Source: Malacoraja senta
Taxonomy: Eukaryota
Direction of reading: 5' to 3'
Length of the DNA: 64,000 nucleotides
Assembly (NCBI GenBank): GCA_038087875.1
Contig: CM075990.1
Span: 8,496,001 to 8,560,000, forward strand
A program made the translations under genes and the position numbers. The notes beneath the pieces are model-generated. The model did no database searches, was not told where the DNA came from, and saw nothing but the letters and a program-made list of their open reading frames with translations. Position 1 is the first letter of the stretch. Each line of letters begins with the position of its first letter. Positions 49,850 to 63,214 of the stretch are shown here, piece by piece.

Positions 49850-50452
49850 AAAAGGAAGGATGTGGAGACTTTGGAGAGGCTACAGGAGGGATTTACCAGC
49901 ACGCTCCCAGGATTAGAGGGGGGCAGCTATAAGGAGAGGATGGAGAGACTTGGATTGTTTTTTTCTCCAGGAACGTAGAGTTTGAGGGGAGACCTTATTG
50001 AAATATATAAAATGATGAGAGGAATAGATAAGGTAGATAGTCAGAACCTTTTTACCCATGGTGGAAATTTAAAGATTGGAGGACATAGCTTGTAGGTGAG
50101 AGGGGCAATGTTTAAAGGAGATGTGCGTGGCAAGTGTTTTACACGTGGAGTAGTGGGTGCCTGGAACACGCTGCCAGGGGTGGTGGTGGAGGCAGATACG
50201 ATAGTGGTGTTTTAGAGGACAGGCAGAGAATGGAGGGATATGGATTGCAGGCAGAAGAGATTAGTTTATCTTGCCATGTAGGAAGGAACTGCAGATGCTG
50301 ATGTGAACCGAAGATAGACACAAACAGCTGGAGTAACTGAGTCCCGCTGAGTTACTCCAGCTTTTTGTGTCAATCTTAGCTTAACTTTGCTTCATGTTCG
50401 GCACAGACATTGCGGGCTGCAGGGTCAGTTCCTGTGCTCTATTATTCTATGT
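49850..50452 (+). mobile_element. Old CR1 3' fragment with a nested Penelope-derived fold-back (50277-50375)
   Basis: Degenerate similarity to the CR1 ORF2 C-terminus and 3' UTR elsewhere in the window. Confidence 0.7.
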
Positions 50453-51785
50453 TCTCTCACTTGCTTACAGCACGCTGGGGTTGGATAACGTCTCCAAGGG
50501 TATGTCAGTATTTACTGGGAACGTGCAAGTGTTCGCAGGGGGAATATCTGAAACAGCTCAGTGTTTTGCTGGCTTCTCTCGGGACAGTGTTATGGTTCAT
50601 AGGGGATGCAGACAAGCATGTCCTTAATTCCACGAGTCAGTCCATGTTCCTGGATCTGTGTCCTTGGTTGTGGTTTAGTATTTATCAGGAAATTGTTTCG
50701 AATCATCTTCTCAGGTACATTTCCTTCTGACTAGCAGCATGTAAAGGGGCCCAATTTAGCATCGTTCAGTAGTTTGATTAGTACGGGTGTCAGGGGTTAT
50801 GGGGAGCAGGCAGGAGAATGGGATTAGGTGGGAGAGATAGATCAGCCATGATTGAATGGCAGAGTAGACTTGATGGGCCAAATGGCCTAATTCTGCTCCT
50901 ATCACTTATGAACATGAACTATGGGCTAAGGCAGATGATGGGTGCTTAGTTAAAGTGGACAGTGGGCTGAGGCAGATGAGCCCAAGATGTACGATGATCC
51001 TGAAGCCTATATGAAGGGCTGGATGGAAACCAGGTTGAAACTGAACTAGTCCAGTCTCAGTGACCAGTTGCAAATAAAGTGACCTTAAGTAAGCCCATGT
51101 GTGGAGGATGGAACTGCAGCTTCTGGTTTAAACTGAAGAAAGACACAAAAAGCTGGAGTAACTCAACAGGTCAGGCAGCCTCTCTAGAGAAAAGGAATAG
51201 GTGACGTTTCAGGTCGAAACCTCAGGTTACTCCAGCTTTTTGTGTTTATCATAGACATCTCTACCACAGAAAGCAGCAGAAGCCAAATAATAAAAATATT
51301 CTCAGAAAAGTTAGATGTAGTTCCATGGCTAAAGAGGTTAAAGGATCAGATATAAAAGCAGCAACAGAGGACTAAATTTGGATGTGTAGGTGCTGGTTTA
51401 AACCAAAGGTGACGTTTCAGGTCGAGACCCTTCTTCAGGTCAGCCACCATCGTAATGAATGGTGCAACAGAGTAGTCTTGCTTTCCCCCTCTCTCCATCC
51501 CTGCCCCTTCCCAGTTCTCCGACCAGTCTGACTGTCTTCAGCTACATTATATCTCTGTTTGCTTTGTTGTTAGCTTCTCCCAGCTAACAATGATCTATTC
51601 TACATTTTCCGTGATCTCCACCCTCTTTGTCCTGTTTCACACCTTACACTTCCTTATCTCTGTATCTCCCTCTCCCCTGACATCAGTCTGAAGAAGGGTC
51701 TTGACCCGAAACATCACCCATTCCTTCTCTCCAGAGTTGCTGCCTGTCCCACTGAGTTACTCCAGCATTTTGTGTCTATATATAG

Positions 51786-51962
51786 CAGGGATTCCCAACC
51801 TTTTCCGTCCCGTTTACCCCAGGCAACTTTAATAGCACATAACAATGTTATTTCACTTCTTTATGGACAACTAATGATGAACAGATGCCAGTATACCAGA
51901 ACCAAACACAGTCAGTCAATGAGAAAATGACTGTATAAATCCAGATGGGTTGGGAACCCTTG
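51786..51962. mobile_element. hAT (Charlie-like) MITE
   Basis: TIRs CAGGGATTCCCAACC / GGTTGGGAACCCTTG; 8-bp TSD ATATATAG / ATCTATAG (7/8). Confidence 0.8.
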
Positions 51963-53886
51963 ATCTATAGAATGGCTGCCCCTTCGCTCACTTTCTATCT
52001 GTCAATGTTTATGGGAGAGTATTGCTTCTCATTTCAGGACTTGACTGCAAAAATCACCCCTGCTGTGTTATCTGCCGAGAGTTGTGAAGGCATCAATTGG
52101 GAATGCCACACTGAAACCGGCGCTGTCATTTTAATACAATGACACGCTTCATAACTTGACACCAATGCGAACTTCCTGTGTGAACCTCACAAATAATGTC
52201 CTCACCATGTATACGATTGTTACAAACAGCCTTCGGGTGACCCACTATGCTGTTCTATTGCTGAATTAAAAGTCCGTTAACTGTTTCCAGGCTATAGTCT
52301 TTGTGACCCTGTGGGAGAGCCTGGACACTTTGGTTGATGTGACCACCACTTGGACCCAGTTGTGAATCGATCGTGTTCCCGCATTGTATCAGATGTGATT
52401 TTAAAGAAATGACTAGGCTGCTGCTGACTGCAGAACATTTTCCATTTTCCAACCCTTTGCTAACAAATGAGGTAAAACAGTGATGTAGAAACAAGGAACC
52501 GCAGATGCTGGTTTACAAAAGAAGACAGAAAGTGTTGGGTAACTTAGTGGTCAAGAGGAGAACATGGATAGGTGCCGTTTTGCACCAGAACTCTTCTCCA
52601 GACTGGAAGCGGAGAAATGACTAAGTAGAAGAAAGGTGCCACAGCGCCCATCAAAGCAACCCCACTTTTCACTAAATTAAAGCTTTCTACACTCCACTCA
52701 CTTCCAGTTTTCTGACCATTCCCACCTGATTTGCTTGGGACAGAAACTTCCGAAGATTTGTCACTGTCTGGATAAATAAATTCTACACCTCGGTCCTAAA
52801 TGTTGGGTTCTCAGACCACTTAGTTCTAGCTTTTGGAGTCAAAAGGAACTGCAGATGCTGGAATCTTAAGCAAAATGCTAAGTGTTGGAGTAACTCAGGT
52901 GGTCAGGCACAACGGTGGGAGGAAAGAACGATGCTTGAGATCGGAGTTCTTTATCTCATAGGTTCAGCGGTGATAGGAGCAGAATTAGGCCATTTGGCCC
53001 ATCAAGTCTATTCCGTCATTCAATCATGGCTAATCTATATTTTCCTCTCAACCCCATTCTCCAGCCCTCTCCCCATAATCCCTGACACCCGTACTAATCA
53101 ATAATCTACCAGTCTCTGCCTTAAAAATATCAATTGACGGCCTCCACAGCCTTCTGTGGCAATGAATTCCACATATTCACAACCCTCTGACTAAAGACAT
53201 TCCTCCTTTCTAAAGGTATGTCTTTTTATCCTGAGGTGTGCCATCTGGTTGTAGACTCTCTACTAGTGGAAACATCCTCTCCACATTCACTCTATCCAGG
53301 CCTCCTTCTTCAGTCGCCTGATGCTGCCTTCCGATGCTGCCTGACCCACTGGGATGCTCCAGCAATTCATGTTTAGTTCTAGATTTTCTAGCATAAGAAA
53401 ACAGCCTCTTGGCACCTTCACGAGCATTCCTTCAGAACCGTAGATATCAATGCGGTCACTTTGTTTTACAACTAAACTCTTGTGGTGGAGCAATCTGAGG
53501 CTCTGATCATGGGACGAGCAACTGAACCAATGGATCTGCACCAAGGGGACCAATACCTGGGGACAAGTATTCACACATTGCTCAAGGCATGGCCTCGCCA
53601 AAGCAGGAAGACTTCCTAAATCCTGAAATTCCGAAGCCTCTTTCTAAACTTTTCCAATTTCACCACCTCTTTGATTAATCATTGGTCCTTTTTCTTAATT
53701 TGTCCTGATTTATATCAGCAGTTATCATCTTGTGAAGAGCCTTATGACATTTTAATTTGTTAGGGCTACTGTTGAAAGTCAAGTTGTTTTTTAAGTTTCG
53801 CAGCTTATATTACATCAGCCACTGTACTGCCTAATCTAATTGTCATTGCCACTTATCAACACATAGAGTCAGAGAGCTATACAGCA

Positions 53887-54200
53887 TTCACTGTTGCACC
53901 GAACATCACAGCCCCACTCGGCTCGGACCTGCCCCGCAAAGAGTGGGTCGCCCTGAACCGGCTCCATACAGGGGTCGGCTGGTTCAAGGCCAACATGCAT
54001 CGCTGGGAGCTGCGTTCATCAGCATCCTGTGCATGTGGAGCAGACCAGCAAACAGCGGAGCGCGTCATTTTCGACTGCGCTGTCCTCCACCCCCCTGATG
54101 GAGGGGTAGACCTCACGGCCCTTGGCAACAGCACACTGAACTGGCTACAGCGCCTGCAGGGCATTACATAACCTCTGCTGCCTCAAACGCAAGAAGAAGA
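53887..54200 (+). mobile_element. Ingi/Vingi-like LINE 3' end (second family) inserted in a CR1 3' UTR
   Basis: GSDLPRKEWVALNRLHTGVGWFKANMHRW..SCACGADQQTAERVIFDC; (GAA)n tail; AGCA on both sides. Confidence 0.75.
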
Positions 54201-55257
54201 AGCATGGAAAAAGGCCCTTCGGCCCAACCTGTCCATGCAGACCAAGTTCGCATTCTGGGATAGTCCCATTTGCCTGCATTTGGCTCACATCCCTGCATGA
54301 TACTGCCAGAGGTTGGGTGTTTGGGAGACACTTGATTGCCTTATTTACCACAACCTGTGATAATGATTTGCAGTCAGTTCAACTCAAAGTCGGTAATTAT
54401 TTGAAATGATTTGTAGTACTTCTCGGGATGTGAAGTTATTATGGAGACACATCTAATGCCTTTGAAAGTCACTCTTTCTCAAAACGTTGAAGGAATGTAA
54501 TCGAATATGTTATCACTTGCTGTGAACATAGGTTTTATATATCGACTCCAGTCCTTTGTTTCACCAATGTTAAATTGCTCACTAAAATAGACTCACAAGT
54601 GTTCAGGCCATGGTTCAATGATTAAAGCCTGTTCCCTTACTGATGTTCATTTAGCAAGTTCATCTTTCTCCTTCAGAAACCATTTCAGATGTTGGTGGGA
54701 AATAAATTCAGGAGGAGTGTTGATTATACGTTGCTGCTTAAAAGGTCAGCCTAAACCTAAATGCCACTCTAAAACAATTACCTCCACCTACACTTAAATT
54801 ATTGAATTTCGTGACCCTTCTCTCTCATCGCTTTTACGGGGTTGGATAAAAGATACTGACATGAATCATTGGTTTGAGTTGAGGGATGAATACAATACAA
54901 TACTTTTTCAGAAAGAACGTCGCCTTCCCCTGTGCTGCCATCTTCAGGGATCTTCGGCCTTGTGAGAAGGATGCCCAGAGGTCCAGGGGTTTATTAGACT
55001 GGGGAAGTGAACCAAGAGTCTAGAGATTCAAGAGTTTCATTGTCATTTGTACCGAAACAGAACACTGAAATTCTTCCTTGCAGCAGGACATCAGGTTTGT
55101 GAGCGCAGTATGTACTAACATAGAATATGGATTGTGATATAGAACAGTGTGATGTCAATTACCAGCAGAAAACAATAGGATAGAGTAAGTTAGAGTAAAG
55201 TGTTTATTTTCAGAGAGACTTGGGTGTCTAGACACATGGCCACATGTTAACATGTAA

Positions 55258-55486
55258 AGGGCCTGTCCCACTTTCATGACCTAATTCACGACCTTTTTTA
55301 CTCGTGGACATTTTTCATCATGCTAGAAAAAACGGCCCGACCTACTTGATGCCACGAGGGTACCTACGACTAGCTTCACGGCCTGCTACGACCTCCTACG
55401 ACCTCATGACAACCATGTTGCGAATATGAGTCAAGGGCAAACTCGGCAGATGTCGTGAATTAAGTCGTGAAAGTGGGACAGGCCCT
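55258..55486. mobile_element. PIF/Harbinger-type MITE
   Basis: TIRs AGGGCCTGTCCCACTTTCA(T/C)GAC; TAA TSD at 55255-55257 and 55487-55489. Confidence 0.9.
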
Positions 55487-55984
55487 TAAGTGAGGCAAAC
55501 AATCAAGAAAGACGAAGGCATGTTGGTCTTCAACACAGAGGGTTTGAGTACAGGTTTAGAGATATCTAGCTTCAGTTACATGGGGCTTTGGTGAGACCGC
55601 ATTTGGAATATCATATAGAGGTCTGGCTGCCCAATAAGTGAATAAGAGCTATAAGTTTTCAGACTAGTAAGGTTGAAAATTACATTAGAACCGCTGTTGA
55701 TGCTATTTGGGGAATTCTATGCTAGCAAAAAGTGCCAGCAGAAAGAAAAAGCCATGAGTCAAATTTCTGGCAGGTGCTAAGTGGTCCCTCAGTATGTTCA
55801 ATTTGGTCAATGTAAGCTGTTTTTAACTGCACTGTACTATTTATGATCAAAGTTGTGTGAAGGAATATTGAGCTCAGAGTAAACTGACTCCTACTTAGTC
55901 ATGAAATCTCTGCAAAGGCGACGTGAAGTAGGCTGTGACTGAGGGATTGATCCAGGCAAAACCATGTGTATGGAAGAGATAAGG

Positions 55985-56283
55985 ATTTTAGATTTTAGAG
56001 ATACAGTGCAGGAATGAGCACTTTGGCCTCCCGAGTCTGCACCGACCAGTGATTACCCAGTATACAGACCTACACGCTAGAGACAAATTTACAAATTTTA
56101 CCAAAGCCAATTAACCTACAAACCTGTACATCTTTTGAATGTGGGAAGAAACCGGAGCACCTGGAGAAAACACACACAGTCACTTGGAGAATGGACAAAT
56201 TCCATACAGACAGCACCCGTAATCAGGATTGAACCTGGGTCTCTGGCGCTATAAGGGAGCAACTCTACCACTGTACCACTGTG
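55985..56283 (-). mobile_element. tRNA-derived V-SINE
   Basis: Reverse complement of the 60883 copy, diverged. Confidence 0.75.
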
Positions 56284-56447
56284 TCTTGCATACACTACAT
56301 GTAGGGCATGAGTTCTGAGGCCAGTGGACAGTGAAATGAAGCCTCTACTCTTGTCCTCAATCCCTCTGTATTGAAGGCCAGCTTGCCATTGTCCTTGATT
56401 GCTTGCTGTGTAAAATGTCGTCCAGCTGTTGTATATGCACAACAAAT

Positions 56448-56647
56448 NNNNNNNNNNNNNNNNNNNNNNNNNNNNNNNNNNNNNNNNNNNNNNNNNNNNN
56501 NNNNNNNNNNNNNNNNNNNNNNNNNNNNNNNNNNNNNNNNNNNNNNNNNNNNNNNNNNNNNNNNNNNNNNNNNNNNNNNNNNNNNNNNNNNNNNNNNNNN
56601 NNNNNNNNNNNNNNNNNNNNNNNNNNNNNNNNNNNNNNNNNNNNNNN
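56448..56647. other. Assembly gap (200 N)
   Basis: Run of N. Confidence 1.
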
Positions 56648-57134
56648 ATCATATGGAAATTCAATAATGTTAAATTCTCATTGCGTTCAACTAAAGAGCC
56701 CTCTCTGTGTAGAATGATTACACTAATATGTTAGTGAAAAACAATATCAAGAGATCAAAGATAGCACAGTAGAGGGATAGATAGGGTATATAGTCAGTAA
56801 CCTCTCTACTTGCCAGCAGTATCTAAAACTGGTGGGTATAGAATTAAGGTAAGGAGTTAGATGTTTCGAGGGGATCAAGGAAACAAAATCACCCAGGAGG
56901 TGGTTGGAATCTGGAACATACTGTCTGATTTGGTGATGAGGGCAGGTACTCTCACATTTTCCAGTATGACAAGTATCTCTGTTATCACAATTATGACGAC
57001 AGCACTTGATCAATAAGGCATGGAAGGCAAGGAACCAATGTCATTTTGACAAGATTGCTTTCTCTTTCCTTCAGGACTGAATTTTTTTAACCATAAGTAC
57101 TCGCACATAGTTTGAAACTTTTTTTAAAATAGGG

Positions 57135-57760
57135 CCATCGCACTGTTCTTTATGCTCATAATCTGAGGGGACCTGGCCAGAACATCGGCTTTGGCGGCGG
57201 CGCAGAACATCGGCTTTGCCGGCGGTGCAGCGCTGGAGCGCTGTCGTGGAGCGATGCCTTTCCTGAGTCGCCGCGCTGGAACTCCAGTATGCTGGGACCG
57301 CCGATGAGAACATCGTGGAGCCGCGGTTCTGTGGAGCGGCCCAGCTGCGACGCTGAACGTTACATCCCGGAGCCTGGGATCTCTCGCTGAGATCGCCAGT
57401 GTGTGGAGCTCCGTCCGGCGCGGTCTGTTGGCTTGGAAGCCGCGGTCTTCGGTGGGAAGGTGGTCGTTCCTGGTACCCCAAGCCGCTGGGGGTTCTCCCG
57501 ACGCCGGAGCACCATCACCCGGCGAGAACATCGGGCGCCGTGGCGGCGACTGTGGAGGCCTCAATAGGCCCGACTCTGGGTGGACAAGAGGATGGGGACT
57601 GGACTTTGTGCCTTCCCCCACAGTGGGGACCATTGTGGGGGGATGTTTTGGTGTTGAACTTCTTTTTAATACTATGTTGTATTTTATTAGTGTGCTGCAA
57701 GGACATCTGAATTTCCCCTGAATAAGGGGATTAATAAAGTCTAATTCAATTCAATTCAAT
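57135..57760 (+). mobile_element. GC-rich non-autonomous retroelement with LINE-like tail, related to 10049-10880
   Basis: Shared accatcacccggcg and acttt(g)tgccttcc..cacagtg. Ends gaatttcccc..ggggattaataaagt followed by (AATTC)n. Confidence 0.55.
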
Positions 57761-57765
57761 CGCTC

Positions 57766-57973
57766 GTGCAGGAAGGAACTGCAGATGCCGGTTTACATCG
57801 AAGACGAAACACAAAATGCTGGAGTAACTCAGCGGGACAGGCAGCACCTCTGGGTAGAAGGAATGGGTGACGTTTTGGGTCTGAAGAAGGGTCTTGACCT
57901 GAAACGTCACCCATTCCTTCTATCCAGAGATGCTGCCTGTCCCGCTGAGTTACTCCGGCATTTAGTGTCTATT
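57766..57973. mobile_element. Fold-back Penelope-derived element
   Basis: Inverted arms; core at 57881-57908 flanked by TGGGT/ACCCA. Confidence 0.75.
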
Positions 57974-58403
57974 TCCCATAGTCTCTTGTGCTTCCACTGA
58001 GACACCCATTGGATATCTGTTGTACTGCAGGTGAAAACCACGTTGAATTCTCACGGTCTGTGAATTGATCATCTGCCGTTTTTATATCATTGTTTCCTTC
58101 TGATCTGGTATTTCAAATGCCTTTTAAAATTATGAGATGCATAGATAGGGTAAACAACCAAAACCTTTCTCCCAGGGTGGAAATATTAAGGTCTAGAGGG
58201 CATAACTTAAAGTCAGAGGGGCAAAGTTGAAAGGAAATATGCAAGACAAATTTATTACACAGAGGGTGGTGGATGCCTGAAACACGCTGCCAGGGGTGGT
58301 GGTGGAGGTAGATATGATAGTGGTATTAAAGAAGCATGTTGATATGCAAGTGATGGAGGGATATGGATTAGGTCTAGGCAGAGGAGATTAGTTAACGTGG
58401 CAT

Positions 58404-58639
58404 GAAGATAGACAGAAAAACCTGGGGTAACTCAGCGGGACAGGCAGCATCTTTGGAAAGAAGGAATGGGTGATGTTTTGGGTCGAGACCCTTCTTCAGA
58501 CTTCAGACTCCGGAGAAGGGTCTCGACCCAAAACGTCACCCATTCCTTCTCTCCAGAGATGCTGCCTGTCCTGCTGAGTTATTCCAGCTTTTTGTGTCTA
58601 TCTTCGGTTTAAACCAGCATCTGCAATTCCTTCTTACAC
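58404..58639. mobile_element. Fold-back Penelope-derived element with 14-bp TSD inside an old CR1 3' end (58130-58710)
   Basis: AGTTAACGTGGCAT at 58390-58403 and AGTTAACTTGGCAT at 58640-58653. Confidence 0.82.
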
Positions 58640-58767
58640 AGTTAACTTGGCATCATGTTCAGCATAGACAATTGTGGACTGAAGGGTCTGTTCCTGCTCT
58701 GTACTGTTCTAGATTAGTTACAGGATGCTGTATTACTGTAACACTCAGGTCTGATTATTTTACACAA

Positions 58768-59062
58768 TTTAGTTTAGAGACAGCGTGGACATAAGCCCCT
58801 TTGGCCCACTGAGTCCATGCTGACCATTGATTCACACGCACACTAGATCCATATTGTCACACTCTTACATCCTACACTGGTGGGGCAATTTTCAGAAGCC
58901 AATTAACCTACAAACCATAACATCTTTGGAATGCGGGAGGACATTGGATGTGTCGCAGTTACAGGGAGAACGGACAAATTCCACACAGAGAGCACCCATA
59001 GTCAGTATCGAACTCAGGTCTCTGGAACTGTGAGGCTGTGACTCTACCGCTGTGCCACTGTG
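58768..59062 (-). mobile_element. tRNA-derived V-SINE (diverged)
   Basis: Reverse-complement tRNA head and core. Confidence 0.7.
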
Positions 59063-59736
59063 CTCATTTAATTCCTGAATATAATCAAAGGCCATTTTAA
59101 TGTCATAATTTTTTCTCTACTGATGTTACTTGCATCGGTACTGGAGATTCTTTGGTTTCAAAACACGTTCGGTGTGAACGTTCGGCATCAGGGTAGGTTT
59201 TCATTTCCTCTTTGCTGGGCTGGAAATGACTTGTGAATACTCCCTTGTAATTAATGTACGTGTAGCGATTTTCTTCATTTAAGCTGTGGTTTCAACTTTC
59301 CACGTTGGCATTACATCTGGACAGAACGAGTGAAAAATCTATTGGTTTTCAATATGTCAGATTTACACAAATAAATAAAATATTGTGGTATTTACAAAGA
59401 TAATGGTTGAATTGATTTTGCTCAGTTTGATAAATTTCATATCATGATTTGACCTGTGAATATCATGGTTAAAGGCTAAGCAATCTATTTTCTCTTTACC
59501 GGTGCCCATAGAATTTCCGCCAGTAACTGTTGTCACAGGAAGGTCATTTAATACTGTTGACTATTTTTTCCAAGAAAAAACGTGATTTTCAAATATTGGA
59601 AGATATATATAGTTGCTAGATATTGCGCTTAAATAAATGTCAGCTGTTGCCAAGTAGAACATTCATCTATCTGTTAATGAAAGTTTCCTGAGCTAGTCCA
59701 CAGGTTTCATTATACATCAGGTTGACATCATGGTGC

Positions 59737-60015
59737 AGTAGACAGTAGACAATAGACAATAGGTGCAGGAGTAGGCCATTCGGCCCTTCGAGCCAGCACC
59801 GCCATTCAATGTGATCATGGCTATGCATCCACAATCAGTATCCCGTTCCTGCCTTCTCCCCATATCCCCTGACTCCGCTATCTTTAAGAGTCCTATCTAG
59901 CTCTCTTTTGAAAGCATCCAGAGAACCTGCCTCCACCGCCCTCTGAGGCAGAGAATTCCACAGACTCACAACTCTCTGTGTGAAAAAGTGTTTCCTCGTC
60001 TCCGTTCTAAATGCC
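59737..60015 (-). mobile_element. CR1 3' end
   Basis: FRTETRKHFFTQRVVSLWNSLPQRAVEAG; (TTGTCTA)n tail. Confidence 0.88.
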
Positions 60016-60882
60016 TTACCGGGCGGATACTGGGGAGGCGGGGGGGAGGGTAAATAATGCTCTATCAGAGGGACCACTTTAGTCTGTCAGGTGAGTGTAA
60101 AATAACCCATGCTGCGATACATTGAATATCAGTAATAGTAGCAGAAGTAGGGATAGCAGTGATTGAGCAGGTAGGACTGCTCGTCGTTGAATGACGCAGA
60201 ATGTGCAAAACGTGTGGAGACCTCACGTGTACAGTATAGACAGCCCTTGTGTAAAGTTAAAGAGAGCCCGTGTATAAAAGTACAGAGATCCCACGTGTAA
60301 AAGTATAGTGAGTCTATGTGTAAAAGCATAGAGAACCCAGAATTCTTTACCAGAATTCTTTACAGTACATTTCAGTTGCCCATCAGAAGAGCGGGTCATT
60401 CTGAACAGAGTTCTGAGGGGGAGCAAAAAGGATCAGTGAAAGGTACAGAAGACAGCACGGAGTTGTTAAAATAAATTTATTTTATTTTTGGAGGGGTGAA
60501 GGTATAGGGAAAAAGTGATGTGCATTTGGTGTAGTTTGTGTGAATTTTAGCAAGATACTTAACAAGAGTTCATATGGCAGATGAATCAGAAAAGACCGAG
60601 ATCCCCCAAAAATGGTCAGATTGGATATGAAGTTGGTTCAGTGGCAGAAAACAATGCACCAAGGTCAAACGGTATTTTACTGCCTGCAATCCATGCGCAA
60701 TGTGGTTCTACAGAGCCTAGGGCTGGGTCTCTTATATTAAGAATTCAGATTTGCAAGTGGCAACTTAACATGTTTGCAAATCTATCTTTGGTTATATAGT
60801 TGAAGGCAAGGAAGGGAGTTTAGAGTGCAGGAAGATATCAATGAGATTGTTGGATGGGCAACAAGGAGAGTTCAGTCCAGTT

Positions 60883-61202
60883 GGCGGCACGGTGGTGCAG
60901 CGGTAGAGTTGCTGCCTTACAGCGCTTGCAGTGCCGGAGACCCGGGTTCGATTCCGACTGTGGGTGCCGTCTGTACGGAGTTTGTATGTTCTCCCAGTGA
61001 CCTGCGTTGATTTTCTCCGAGATCTTCGGTTTCCTCCCACATTCCAAAGACGTACAGGTATGTAGGTAAATTAGCTTGGTAAATGTGAAAATTGTCCCTT
61101 GTGTGTGTAGAACAGTGTTAATATGTGGGGATCGCTGGTCGGTGCGGACCAGGTGGGCCGAAGGGCCTGTTTCCGCATATCTCTAAACTAAAATAAACTA
61201 AA
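60883..61202 (+). mobile_element. Full-length tRNA-derived V-SINE (HE1-like) with CR1-derived tail
   Basis: A box tggtgcagcgg, B box ggttcgattcc, V-like core, CR1-type tail gggccgaagggcctgtttcc, (taaac)n end. Confidence 0.85.
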
Positions 61203-61928
61203 TGTGAGGTAATGTATTTGAGAGTGAAGACAAGAGAAGGAAGAATTGAAACATGCAGAGGATATGGAGGAAATCTGATCCACTTGAATAAATGGGTTTG
61301 CATTCATTGTGTTAGATATTCACTGATAGCTAAAAGTAGCAAGACAGGTGGACATTGAATATATGAATAGTGCATACACAGGGAACTGCTGATGCTGAAA
61401 TGTTCAGCCAAGCACAAAGTAGTGGAGTGACTCTGTCAGGCAGCATCTGTGGAGAGAATGGACAGGTGATGTTTTGGGTCAGGGCACTTCTTCACACCGA
61501 TTATTGCATTTTGGACATTGGATATTCAATCTTGATATTGGATACTTGTCTTCAGCATGTGAGGCTTGAACCACAAGTGCAAGGAATACATGTTGCTAGT
61601 TATGCATCAGACAAATGTTCTTCCAAATATCACAATAAGGAAATGATAGCATTTGAGATGTCATAAAGGAGATTTAAGAGAGATTCAAGATTCAAGTTTC
61701 AAGATTCAAAAGAGTTTGTTGTCATGTGTCCCTGATATAACAATGAAATTCTTGCTTTGCTTCAGAGTGTTACCAGGGTTAGAAATTCTAGATATAGGTA
61801 GAATTCTAGATATATCTAGAATTATATCATAATACTAGATTACCTGAAATAGAAGGGGCTGAGCTAAGTTTATAAACAAGATACCAAGTGCTGGAGAAAC
61901 TCAGCGAGTCAGTCAGTATCTCTGGAGC

Positions 61929-62127
61929 TAGACACAAAAAGCTGGAGTAACTCAGCGGGACAGGCAGCATCTCTGGAGAGAAGGAATGGGTGATATTTCG
62001 GGTCGAGACCCTTCTTCAGACGTCACCCATTCCTTCTCTCCAGAGATGCTGCCTGTCCCGCTGAGTTACTCCAGCTTTTTGTGTCTATCTTCAGTGTAAA
62101 CCAGCATCTGCACTTCCTTCCTACACA
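61929..62127. mobile_element. Fold-back Penelope-derived element nested in an older copy (61880-62315)
   Basis: Near-perfect inverted arms. Confidence 0.8.
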
Positions 62128-62917
62128 GTGTCTCTGGGGGACACCATTGGTGACATTTTGGGTCGAGGACTTTCATTGGAATGATCAGTGCAAAGAAGGG
62201 TCCCGACCTGAAACATCGCTTTTCCATGTTCATCCAGAGATGATGCCTGACCCGCTGGGTTACTCCAGCACTTTGTGTCTATTTTGGGAAAGCAGCATCT
62301 GCTGTTCCTTGTTACTCCAGGCCTAGATGAGAGTCAGGCAGCTGCAGTGTAAATGACTTCCAACCGTTCAGACTATAGCACGGAAATCAAGCTGATGCAT
62401 CTGACCTCCCACTGATTCCCTGGACCCAGTGGGAACTGATTCAATTTCTCTCTGAGCTCTGAGACCGAGCACACTGATACCTTTGCTTTACTCCAGCCAT
62501 CGCTGACATAAGGCTGACGTACCAGTATCCCAGAAGTCTTTCAGAGGCGCCTGGGGCAGGCTCTACTGCTCACTGACATTTACACCAGTGAAAGTACATT
62601 TTAACAAATTAAAATAGTAAGCATTCTTTTTTTTTTAAAGCAATGAACTGTTAAATTTACTTTAAAACACATTCAAAATGATTAAAATAAGTATAACATC
62701 AACATGCTTCATAGCTTCACTTACTTTTTTTTAATGAATACAACCCCATTCATTCAATAGGATCATTGACGCCCATTGGAAAAGTAAGTGAAGTATTAAC
62801 TCACCAAGTGTCAAACGTGTTTAATTATCATATGTACCGACAACAGAATAATGAAATTCTTACTCGCAGCAGCACAACAAGCCTGTAAATGAAATACGCA
62901 TAGATAACATATAATGT

Positions 62918-63214
62918 CATGGTGGTGCAGCGGTAGAGTTGCTGCCTTACAGCAAATGCAGCGCTGGAGATCCGGGTTTGATTCCGATTAAGGGTGCTGT
63001 CTGTACGGTGTTTGTACGCTCTCTCCGAGATCTTCGGTTTCCTCCCACATTCCAAAGACGTCCAGGTTTGTAGGTTAATTGGCTTGGTGGATGTAAAAAT
63101 TGTCCCTAGTGGGTGTAGGATAGTGTTAATGTGCGGGGATCGCTGGTCGGCACGGACCCGGTGGGCCGAAGGGCCTGCTTCTGTGCTATAACTCTAAACT
63201 AAACTAAACTAAAC
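62918..63214 (+). mobile_element. tRNA-derived V-SINE
   Basis: Same family as 60883; (TAAAC)n tail. Confidence 0.82.

Noticed and set aside
60883..60960. tRNA-like sequences with A/B boxes (also 13640-13714, 18061, 62918)
   Set aside because: They are SINE heads, continuous with the SINE core and tail; they are not tRNA genes.
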